From positions 1-42,741 of the IMG/VR virus record IMGVR_UViG_3300013947_000011: DNA of 42,741 nt, one strand, 5' to 3'. The notes below the pieces were generated by a model, which was not told the DNA's origin, made no database searches, and worked only from the letters and a program-made list of their open reading frames with translations. Below, in pieces: positions 8,492 to 15,954 of this stretch. The stretch's first letter is position 1; each line of letters starts with the position of its first letter. The stretch comes from a virus. The translations under genes and the position numbers were made by a program.

Positions 8492-10101
8492 TCTACGCAC
8501 AAGAATCCCTCATTGATGAGATTATCGTGGACAACTTCGCGGGCGGGGGTGGTGCGTCAACCGGGATTGAGCTTGCCACGGGCAGGCGGGTGGCAATCGC
8601 CATCAACCACGACCCGGACGCCATCCGGATGCACCGTACCAACCACCCATACACCGCGCATTTGCAGGCGTCCGTATGGGATGTGGACCCGGTAGCCGAG
8701 TGCCGGGGCAGACCGGTGGGGCTGGCGTGGTTCTCGCCGGATTGCAAACACTTCTCCAAAGCCAAGGGCGCGGCGTTGGTGGACCGCAAAATCCGCGGAC
8801 TCGCCTGGATTACGCTGTGCTGGGCGGCAAAAGTACGGCCCCGGGTCATCATCTTGGAAAACGTGGAGGAGTTCCAGACCTGGGGGCCGGTGCGGAAGGG
8901 CAAGCCGGTGAAGAAGCTGGCGGGCACCACGTTCCGGAAGTTTATCAGCCAGCTTGAGGCGCTGGGCTACACCGTGGAGTTCCGGGAATTGGTGGCGGCG
9001 GACTACGGAGCGCCCACCTCCCGCAAACGCTTTTACCTGATTGCCCGTTGTGACGGAAAACCCATTGTGTGGCCGAAGCCCACCCACAGCAAGACCGGTG
9101 CAGATGGATTGCCCAAGTGGCGCAGCGCGGCGGAGATCATCGACTGGAGCCTGCCTTGCCCATCGGTATTCGATACCAAGGCGGACATCATGGGTAAATA
9201 TGGCCTGAAAGCGGTACGCCCTCTGGCGAAAAACACCATGCGGCGGATTATTCGAGGGGTGGACAAGTTTACCATCCGGAGGGGGAAACCGTTTATCGTG
9301 GAATGCAACCACTCCGGCGGCGGTCATATCGCGCCTGTGGGAGACGCATATAAAACCATCACCGCAAAGCATACGGGCGGCATTGTGTGTCCCTCACTGA
9401 TCCAATACCACACGGAACAGGCGGAACACGTCCGGGCGTCCGGGCTGGGTGCGCCCATCAATACCGTGGACGCCTCCAACCGCTACGGCCTGACCTGCGC
9501 CAATCTGGTGGAGTATTACACCGGCGGCAGACCGCTGGACATTACGGACGCTATGCACACGGTAACAAGCCATGATCGTGAGTCCGTGGTGGCCGCTCAC
9601 ATTGCCAAGTATTACGGCGGCGTGGTCGGCGAAAAGGTGGGCGAGCCGTTGCCGACGGTGACGGCCAGCGCTGGAAAGAAGCGGGCGTGCAGCGGCGGAA
9701 CATTCGCCGTGTGCAAGGCCCATCTGGCGAAGATGCGCAGCGGAGACAACCTGGGGCACTGGCCGGAGATTCGCGCTCTACTGAACGAGTTTTGCGGTTA
9801 TACTCTGGCGGAGGACGAGGTGCTTTTGCTGGAGATCGGCGGAACCCTGTACTACATTGCGGATATCGGACTGCGGATGTTGTCTCCGCGCGAACTGTAT
9901 AACGCCATGGGCTTTCCGCCGGATTACATCATCGACCACGACTATGAGGGGAAAGAGTACAAAAAGAGTGCACAGGTGGCCCGCTGCGGAAATGCCGTGT
10001 GCCCGCCCATGGCGACGGCTCTGGTGAGGGCAAACCTCCCGGAGTGGTGCGGGGCGGAGATCACGACCATGGCACAACTAACGGACTGTGTGGCGGTGTG
10101 A
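8488..10101 (+). CDS. DNA (cytosine-5) methyltransferase
   Basis: ATGA overlap at the start. Motif I DNFAGGGGAS, motif IV FSPDCKHFS, motif VI ILENV, C-terminal GNAVCPP. Long variable region between them. Confidence 0.88.
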   Translation: MIYAQESLIDEIIVDNFAGGGGASTGIELATGRRVAIAINHDPDAIRMHRTNHPYTAHLQASVWDVDPVAECRGRPVGLAWFSPDCKHFSKAKGAALVDRKIRGLAWITLCWAAKVRPRVIILENVEEFQTWGPVRKGKPVKKLAGTTFRKFISQLEALGYTVEFRELVAADYGAPTSRKRFYLIARCDGKPIVWPKPTHSKTGADGLPKWRSAAEIIDWSLPCPSVFDTKADIMGKYGLKAVRPLAKNTMRRIIRGVDKFTIRRGKPFIVECNHSGGGHIAPVGDAYKTITAKHTGGIVCPSLIQYHTEQAEHVRASGLGAPINTVDASNRYGLTCANLVEYYTGGRPLDITDAMHTVTSHDRESVVAAHIAKYYGGVVGEKVGEPLPTVTASAGKKRACSGGTFAVCKAHLAKMRSGDNLGHWPEIRALLNEFCGYTLAEDEVLLLEIGGTLYYIADIGLRMLSPRELYNAMGFPPDYIIDHDYEGKEYKKSAQVARCGNAVCPPMATALVRANLPEWCGAEITTMAQLTDCVAV

Positions 10102-10112
10102 AAGGAGGCCCC

Positions 10113-10250
10113 ATGAAACCATCATGTAAAGAACTTGCCGCAACCTTGCGCGAATACGCCGAATGGGCCGATGCGAATATCTACGAAGTACCTATTATGC
10201 TGCCGGACGATTTGAGAACGGCGGCTGATATGCTGGAGAAAGGAGAATGA
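10113..10250 (+). CDS. Hypothetical small protein (45 aa)
   Basis: ATG follows AAGGAGG. Confidence 0.45.
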   Translation: MKPSCKELAATLREYAEWADANIYEVPIMLPDDLRTAADMLEKGE

Positions 10251-10251
10251 T

Positions 10252-10578
10252 ATGGACGCTGTAAAATTTGTGGAGGAGCGACGCCGGATGTTTGCTGTTA
10301 TGGGAGAAAACCCGAAACACAGTATGTTCAACATGGGCACTCCGGCGGAAGAAGTGGTCCGCGAAGTGGAAGAATGGGCGGCTGCTCATCCGCACAAAAC
10401 CCGGCAGGAAAAATTTTTACAGCAGTGGCCCAAGGCGTGGATTGGCCCATCGGGGATTATACAAATTAGTCCGTGCTATATAGATTCGTCACATCTCACG
10501 GACGAGGGGCGGTGTGCTGCCGCAGGGAAAAGCTGCGATACCTGCCGCCGCGAGTTCTGGATGCAGGAGGCGGAGTGA
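10252..10578 (+). CDS. Hypothetical protein
   Basis: ORF-track frame, tightly packed with its neighbours. Confidence 0.5.
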   Translation: MDAVKFVEERRRMFAVMGENPKHSMFNMGTPAEEVVREVEEWAAAHPHKTRQEKFLQQWPKAWIGPSGIIQISPCYIDSSHLTDEGRCAAAGKSCDTCRREFWMQEAE

Positions 10579-10579
10579 T

Positions 10580-10837
10580 ATGGATGATATCACACGCCAG
10601 CCCTGGGCCGAATGGCTGGAAAACTCCCTGGAAACGGTAATGGACATTGAACCGGTATGCCTGTGTATTGCAGCAACAAAGCCGGATGGGACCGTTTTTA
10701 CCGGATATTACAACGCCGATGCAACGGACAAAGCCGTGTTCGCTCACAATATCCAGAGCGATGTGACCATGGATATCATCCAGAATAACATCGACGCGAT
10801 TAGGAAGATGCTTGAGGAGGACACCGACGATGAATAG
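10580..10837 (+). CDS. Hypothetical protein
   Basis: ATG at 10580 immediately follows the upstream stop. Confidence 0.5.
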   Translation: MDDITRQPWAEWLENSLETVMDIEPVCLCIAATKPDGTVFTGYYNADATDKAVFAHNIQSDVTMDIIQNNIDAIRKMLEEDTDDE

Positions 10838-11105
10838 AAGCGAAATCCTGGAATCTGCGCGGCGATGTGTTGCCGGCGACCGCGAAGAGGACTACGGCAA
10901 CCCCGAAAACAACTTTGACCGCATTGGCAAGTTCTGGAGCGCGTACCTCGGCACCCCGGTTGACGCGAAAGACGTGGCTGCCCTGCTGGCTCTGCTGAAG
11001 ATTGCCCGCATTGCGTCCGGCCATGCGAAATCCGATAACTGGGTAGATTTGGCCGGATACGCGGCATGCGGTGGAGAAATCGAAACGGAGGGCGACAATG
11101 GCTGA
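10830..11105 (+). CDS. Hypothetical protein resembling the DUF6378-type domain found at the N-terminus of phage dNTP pyrophosphohydrolases
   Basis: SARRCVAGDREEDYGNPENNFDRIGKFWSAYLG...LLKIARIASG pattern, recognised from memory only. Confidence 0.45.
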   Translation: MNRSEILESARRCVAGDREEDYGNPENNFDRIGKFWSAYLGTPVDAKDVAALLALLKIARIASGHAKSDNWVDLAGYAACGGEIETEGDNG

Positions 11106-11442
11106 ATACGTCGAACGTGAAGCGGCACTCCGCGAGATCGAACGGCGTGAAGCGCTTATGGTTGGAGACAAATGCATTTCTGTTGATGCAATGAAGTCTT
11201 TTATCAAAAATCGCCCAGCTGCCGATGTTGCCTCGGTGGTGCATGGGCGGTGGGAACCAGCTGAAAGCGACTTTGATGACGATGATACTTTATTCGATGT
11301 CGAGGATTGGTGTGATTGGCAGTGCAGCGCTTGCCACGAAGATATTTGTTACGATGACCCGATGGAGCGGCGCTGGCTTCCGAAATATTGCCCCAACTGC
11401 GGGGCGAAGATGGACGGAGGCGGTGAAAGTGCCCAAGATTAA
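11098..11442 (+). CDS. Hypothetical zinc-ribbon protein
   Basis: CSACHEDIC...YCPNCGAKM. Confidence 0.5.
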   Translation: MAEYVEREAALREIERREALMVGDKCISVDAMKSFIKNRPAADVASVVHGRWEPAESDFDDDDTLFDVEDWCDWQCSACHEDICYDDPMERRWLPKYCPNCGAKMDGGGESAQD

Positions 11443-11695
11443 CCCCCGCAGAATCCCCCGCAACCAGGCCGACGTAGACAAAGCCTACAACAACGGCATT
11501 GTGGAGGGGCTGAGCCGGGGCATAGATCTGATGCTCTACGTTCTGATCGACAAGCACGATGCCCCGATGGACGATGTGCAGCAGCTTGCCGGGGAGCTAA
11601 ACCACTCTGCACAATGCGTGGCGGAAGGGTACATTACCTGGGCGGATATCCGGCAGATGCTCAAAGAGTACGGCGTTGAGACGGCGCTGGAATAG
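11423..11695 (+). CDS. Hypothetical protein
   Basis: GTG start after GGACGGAGG. An alternative GTG lies at 11429. Confidence 0.45.
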   Translation: MKVPKINPRRIPRNQADVDKAYNNGIVEGLSRGIDLMLYVLIDKHDAPMDDVQQLAGELNHSAQCVAEGYITWADIRQMLKEYGVETALE

Positions 11696-11703
11696 GAGGT
11701 ACG

Positions 11704-12183
11704 ATGAGCAACAAATACTCGCTCCCCTACGATATCCGCATGGAGTGCATCGCCTACGTCAGGGGATATCCCCGCCGGGTCCGGGCGTACAACGCAGCCC
11801 GGGAAGAAGTTTTGGAATCCTCAGCCTTTGCCATGTCCGGCATGCCCCGTGGCCCCGGTAACAGCAGGATAGCGGAACGCAAGGCGGAACGGCTGGCAAT
11901 CATTGAGAGCTGGCCGGAGACGAAGAAAATGCGGGCCGTGGAATACGCCATGGACAACGTGGGCCGGGATATCGCAAATGAGAACGTGCGGCGCAAGCTG
12001 GTATGGGCGATCATGCGAAACTGCGACAGTCAGAAACAATATCCCATCGAGATGATATCCCCAGCTGGGATAAGCCCGCGCACATTCCGGCGTCGCAAAG
12101 ATAAATTCCTGTGGTTGATTGCGCAAAACGCGAAAATTATTGAAAATGTGGCCCCAAACCACGTTTCAGATGGTGTAAAATAG
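11704..12183 (+). CDS. Late-gene transcriptional activator, sigma-region-4 / RinA-ArpU-like
   Basis: AYVRGYPRR...SGMPRGPGNSRIAERKAERLA...ISPRTFRRRKDKFLWLIA. It is the last gene before the packaging region. Confidence 0.55.
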   Translation: MSNKYSLPYDIRMECIAYVRGYPRRVRAYNAAREEVLESSAFAMSGMPRGPGNSRIAERKAERLAIIESWPETKKMRAVEYAMDNVGRDIANENVRRKLVWAIMRNCDSQKQYPIEMISPAGISPRTFRRRKDKFLWLIAQNAKIIENVAPNHVSDGVK

Positions 12184-12444
12184 TATCATCGGAGAGTGGA
12201 ACCAGTCAGCCCACAAACCGAAATTTCATTTTTCTCTTCTTTCTTTCCTCCAAAGGTTATAAGGCACAGCCGGTAATGTGTGCCTCCGCGCAAGCGGCCC
12301 CGCAAGGGCGTTACCGGCCTCCCTTCTTATCGACAGGACCACCCACGCACTGTGTACCAGGGCGGGCATTTAAGACGTGACCCGCTACGACAGTGCGGAA
12401 CGAAAAAAGCTGTCTCCCACCTTACGGGAGACAGGCCATGGCAT

Positions 12445-12484
12445 GCAGACACTCACGGGATATCTCGCGGGTGTCTGCTTTTAT
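12445..12484 (+). terminator. Stem-loop GCAGACAC...GTGTCTGC followed by TTTTAT (possible intrinsic terminator or part of the structured RNA)
   Basis: 8-bp outer stem 12445-12452/12471-12478 with further inner pairs, then a T-run. Confidence 0.4.
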
Positions 12485-12559
12485 ACAGGCGTAGCCAAAA
12501 GGTAAGGCATGGGACTTTGACTCCCGTATGTGCTGGTTCGACTCCAGCCGCCTGTTCCA
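12485..12559 (+). tRNA. tRNA-Gln (anticodon UUG), CCA encoded
   Basis: Hand-folded cloverleaf. Acceptor ACAGGCG/CGCCTGT. D-arm with GG. Anticodon stem UGGGA/UCCCG with loop CUUUGAC. T-arm GCTGG-TTCGACT-CCAGC. Discriminator T plus CCA. Confidence 0.72.
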
Positions 12560-12659
12560 AATGGCAAAGCTGGCAGAGTACAGGGGAGAAGTCCCCGCCA
12601 GCAGCCCCCGGCCAGGGAATGGCAAGCCGTAGCCGCTCGGCGCACAATAAGCGGCATAC

Positions 12660-12729
12660 GCAGGCGTAGCTCAACGGCGAGAGCGGCCAGAGAGACGCGA
12701 TGCAGGTTCAACTCCTGCCGCCTGTTCCA
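12660..12729 (+). tRNA. tRNA-like element / degenerate tRNA (no anticodon arm)
   Basis: Acceptor GCAGGCG/CGCCTGT plus TCCA, D-arm GCTC-AACGGCGA-GAGC and T-arm GCAGG-TTCAACT-CCTGC are intact. Only 16 nt with no 5-bp stem lie where the anticodon arm and variable loop (about 21 nt) should be. Confidence 0.35.
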
Positions 12730-12854
12730 ACAACCAGGGATAGCCCGACGGGGCGACAAACGGCCATTACCTGCCTTATGGCCGCTTCCCTGGTGATTTA
12801 TTAAGGCAGTGACATTGAGAGCAGTACAAAATTTATATAAAGGCAGGTAATCGC

Positions 12855-13631
12855 ATGAACGAACTGATGATTTTCAACAACCCTGAATTTGGCGCTGTAC
12901 GCACCTTGGAAGATGATGGATGTATCCTGTTCTGTGGAAGCGATGTGGCCAAGGCGCTTGGGTATCAAAACCCAAGTCGGGATGTCAACCGACACTGCAA
13001 AGCTGTCCGAGAAAGATGCACTACCGATTCGGTAGGTCGTCAGCAGACCATGCTTTTCATCCCCGAAAGCGACCTGTATCGACTGGTATTCGGCTCCAAG
13101 CTACCCACAGCGGAAAAGTTCACCGATTGGGTGACAATGGATGTGCTGCCCAGCATTCGCAAAACTGGCGGGTATGCACTGCCGAAAGATTATCCCTCTG
13201 CGCTTCGCGCTCTGGCGGATGCAGAAGAAAAGCGCCTTGCACTTATGGCGGAGAATGAACGCCAGGCGCAAGTTATTGCCGACTTTGAACCTATCCGGCA
13301 GTATGTGGACACCATCCTGGAAAGCCCATCAACCATGGCAACGACGCAAATCGCGGCAGATTACGATATCACTGCCATACAGCTGAATAAGATTCTGCAC
13401 GAAGAACGTGTACAGCGCAGCGTCAACAAGCAGTGGATTCTATATAGCGACCACATGGGCAAGGGCTACACCAAGTCCAAAACATTTACGTTCCAGCATT
13501 CAGATGGCCGCACAGGAACCAGGGTATCAACGGAATGGACACAGAAAGGCCGGTTGATGATACATGAGATTCTGACGCGGCGAGGTATCATCCCCGTCAT
13601 GGATAGAGAATCTTCCCTGGTGATTTACTAA
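12855..13631 (+). CDS. Antirepressor, Bro-N domain plus KilAC domain
   Basis: N-terminus FNNPEFGAVRTLEDDG...FCGSDVAKALGY...DLYRLVFGSKLPTAEKFTDWV (Bro-N). C-terminus TQIAADYDITAIQLNKILHE (KilAC-type). Confidence 0.82.
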   Translation: MNELMIFNNPEFGAVRTLEDDGCILFCGSDVAKALGYQNPSRDVNRHCKAVRERCTTDSVGRQQTMLFIPESDLYRLVFGSKLPTAEKFTDWVTMDVLPSIRKTGGYALPKDYPSALRALADAEEKRLALMAENERQAQVIADFEPIRQYVDTILESPSTMATTQIAADYDITAIQLNKILHEERVQRSVNKQWILYSDHMGKGYTKSKTFTFQHSDGRTGTRVSTEWTQKGRLMIHEILTRRGIIPVMDRESSLVIY

Positions 13632-13698
13632 GGCAAGCGCGAAAAAGAAAAGCGGCTCGTTCTCCACAGCCGCAAATAAAACATAAGGAGATTATGCC

Positions 13699-14382
13699 AT
13701 GAATGAAGATTTGATGATTTTTGAGCGAAAAGATCACGCTGTTGTCAGTAGCCGCGTCATCGCGGAAAGATTTGGCAAGCAGCACCAGCACGTAACGCAA
13801 GCGGTAGAAAATCTCATCAGCGAAAATCCGCTGGTGAGAAATATGTTCATCAAGAGCCGCTACGAGACAGATCGCGGTAGGACCTACAAGGAATATCTTA
13901 TGAATCGCGACGGGTTCTCCTTGCTCGTTATGGGTTTCACCGGGCCGGAAGCTCTGGAGTGGAAGCTGAAATACATTAACGCATTTAACCGAATGGAGGA
14001 GTTCATCCGGGAGCGCAAATCCACCGAATGGCTCATGACCCGCAAGCAAGGGAAACTCGTCCGCCGTGCGGAAACAGATACATTGGCTAGCCTTATCGAA
14101 TATGCAGAATCTCAGGGTAGCCGCAACATGCGCAAGCAAGCATATACCATCTATTCAAAACTGGTCAACGACCTGGTTGGCATTAAATCTGGCGAACGCG
14201 ACTCCGTTCCGTTCAAGACGATTTCGGTTATCGGGTTCCTCGAAGATATGATTCTGCACACAGTTGCGGAAGAAATGCAGAAAGGCACCCATTACAAGGA
14301 CATTTACAAGATTTGTAAGGCAAACGGCGAGGCGATCATGCGCTTTGCATATCTCCCTTCCCATCCGAGCATACCAGCATAA
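13699..14382 (+). CDS. Rha-family phage regulatory protein
   Basis: VVSSRVIAERFGKQHQHVTQAVENL...YLMNRDGFSLLVMGFTG is the pRha signature. Confidence 0.78.
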   Translation: MNEDLMIFERKDHAVVSSRVIAERFGKQHQHVTQAVENLISENPLVRNMFIKSRYETDRGRTYKEYLMNRDGFSLLVMGFTGPEALEWKLKYINAFNRMEEFIRERKSTEWLMTRKQGKLVRRAETDTLASLIEYAESQGSRNMRKQAYTIYSKLVNDLVGIKSGERDSVPFKTISVIGFLEDMILHTVAEEMQKGTHYKDIYKICKANGEAIMRFAYLPSHPSIPA

Positions 14383-14492
14383 CACAGCCCCCATACGACA
14401 ACACATAGGAGTGCCCAATTGGGCGGGAGAACTTGTGCCACACACAGCGCAGAGGTGGGAGCGCGGCACAATAAGAACAGGAGGTGACATAG

Positions 14493-15143
14493 ATGGCAAG
14501 TAAAATCACACAGGTTATGCGAGAACAGGTCCTTGCCGACTATGACGCGTGTAAGCATATAGCGACTGTAGCAAAGCAGAACGGGCTATCCGAACCGACT
14601 ATCCGAAAGATCATCGTACAAGAACGCGGAGAGAATGCCATCTCGCATAAAGCTGGCGCTGCATCTGCATCTGTAACGGCCAGATGTACCGCGACGAACG
14701 AAGAAATCTCACAAATCGTTAGGGAGTCATTCCAATACTTCAAGAGATCCTGCGTAAAGACTGACGAAGAATGTGCTGATAGGCTTAACGACTATTTCAG
14801 GCAGTGTGTAGAAGAAGGGCAAATCCCTACGGTGGAAGATATGTGCCTCGCTCTCGGAGCCGTAAACCAAACGGTCTTGGACTGGCAAAAGGGATCAATG
14901 GGCCCCGTGAGAGCTGAAATGATGAAAAAAGCCAAACAAATTCTGGCCGGAATCGATGCAAAACTGGTCTCACAGGGCAAAATTCCGCAGATTACGTACA
15001 TTTTCCGCGCGAAGAACTTTTTCGGCATGACCGACAGGCAGGAAGTTGTTCTCACGCCGAACAATCCACTTGGGGCAGAAACGCCGCCCGAGGAACTCCA
15101 GAAGAAGTACATCGAGGCGGCGTCATGCGACTATGAAACTTGA
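14493..15143 (+). CDS. terS: Terminase small subunit with N-terminal HTH
   Basis: GQIPTVEDMCLALGAVNQTVLDWQK...IFRAKNFFGMTD matches the Terminase_2-type small subunit. Good GGAGG RBS. Confidence 0.68.
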   Translation: MASKITQVMREQVLADYDACKHIATVAKQNGLSEPTIRKIIVQERGENAISHKAGAASASVTARCTATNEEISQIVRESFQYFKRSCVKTDEECADRLNDYFRQCVEEGQIPTVEDMCLALGAVNQTVLDWQKGSMGPVRAEMMKKAKQILAGIDAKLVSQGKIPQITYIFRAKNFFGMTDRQEVVLTPNNPLGAETPPEELQKKYIEAASCDYET

Positions 15144-15274
15144 TTTTCTTAGCGACTATTCAGCAACTTTCGGAATGTGGGCAACGTTTTCCCCGGGTTT
15201 ATACACGGTTTAGCGACTATCAGCGACTTTCGCGCAGAAACCGGGCGACTATCAGCAACTTTCGCAGCGACTAT
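15127..15274 (+). repeat. Five GCGACTAT boxes, three of them within 20-21-nt GCGACTAT(T)CAGCRACTTTCG repeats
   Basis: Boxes start at 15127, 15152, 15214, 15245 and 15267, beginning at the terS stop codon. Confidence 0.85.
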
Positions 15275-15547
15275 GGCACACAGACGGTCACGCAGGGAAC
15301 CGCCCGGGACTGTACAGGAATCTCCACAGAACCCGCCGCAGAACCGCGCGGGAATCTGCCCGAAAACAGGGAGCGGCCCAGGATGACCGCCAGAATGCAG
15401 CGGAACCACCCCGGCGGAACCCAGACGCACAGCGCCCCACAGCGCCCCAGCACGGCGCGAAAGCACACGGCAATATAGGGATAGCGCCACACGCGCGGAA
15501 CGCGCAGAGGGCCGTTAAAATGCGATTCGGGACGGGGCACAAAGAAA

Positions 15548-15604
15548 CCCGCACAGCCTAAGCCATGCGGGCAAAAGGAAAGCCGCCCCGGAAACCGGGA
15601 CGGC
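15548..15604 (-). terminator. Two tandem intrinsic terminators for the leftward operon
   Basis: Read on the minus strand: GCCGTCCCGG-TTT-CCGGGGCGGC followed by TTTCCTTTTG (15571-15604), then CCCGCA...TGCGGG followed by TTTCTTTG (15536-15571). Confidence 0.7.
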
Positions 15605-15619
15605 CTGTTGCCTGGTAGG

Positions 15620-15817
15620 TCATCTGTAGAGATACTGCCGGATGCAATATTGGGTACTGCAATAGCAGGGGAGCAGCACATATAGCTGACCCTTGCGATT
15701 GCCCCCGGCGGCCTGTACCGGCTGCGCGTCGGGGTCTGCCAGGCGGCTAACGTATCCGCGCTGGTACTTGGTGTCGGCTGCCTTATATCCGGCCTTGATC
15801 GCGTCTGCGTATGTCAT
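15620..15817 (-). CDS. Hypothetical small protein (65 aa, MTYADAIKAGYKAADTKYQRGYVSR...)
   Basis: Internal ATG at 15817 with an AAAGGA RBS. From memory, it resembles small conserved proteins of Firmicutes conjugative elements. Confidence 0.5.
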   Translation of the reverse strand: MTYADAIKAGYKAADTKYQRGYVSRLADPDAQPVQAAGGNRKGQLYVLLPCYCSTQYCIRQYLYR

Positions 15818-15954
15818 GATAATATATCCTTTCCGGGGCTTGGGGCCCCTGTCAGACGGTTGATTGGTTACTTGGATTTGTGGACCACGTCGGCCAGGAC
15901 GGCCAGCGGAAACCAGATGATCAGCAACAAGAGAGATAGCAATCCTGCACCCCC

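Larger units (their letters stand above)
12255..12850 (+). ncRNA. Candidate large structured ncRNA domain(s) embedding tRNA and a tRNA-like element (ROOL/GOLLD-like or novel)
   Basis: No credible ORF across 671 nt. Many nested and long-range helices, two adjacent GCAA tetraloop hairpins and a pseudoknot-type pairing (coordinates are in the findings). Confidence 0.4.

Noticed and set aside
12280-12669. 129-aa plus-strand ORF across the non-coding region.
   Set aside because: The translation is Arg/Pro/Gly-rich. It runs straight through a canonical tRNA and the hairpins, has a non-ATG start and has no RBS.
15140-15478. 112-aa TTG-initiated ORF overlapping the GCGACTAT boxes.
   Set aside because: Its apparent internal peptide repeats are just the DNA boxes read in frame. 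It has no RBS and its C-terminal half is low-complexity Arg/Pro/Thr-rich. It is treated as non-coding, with modest certainty.
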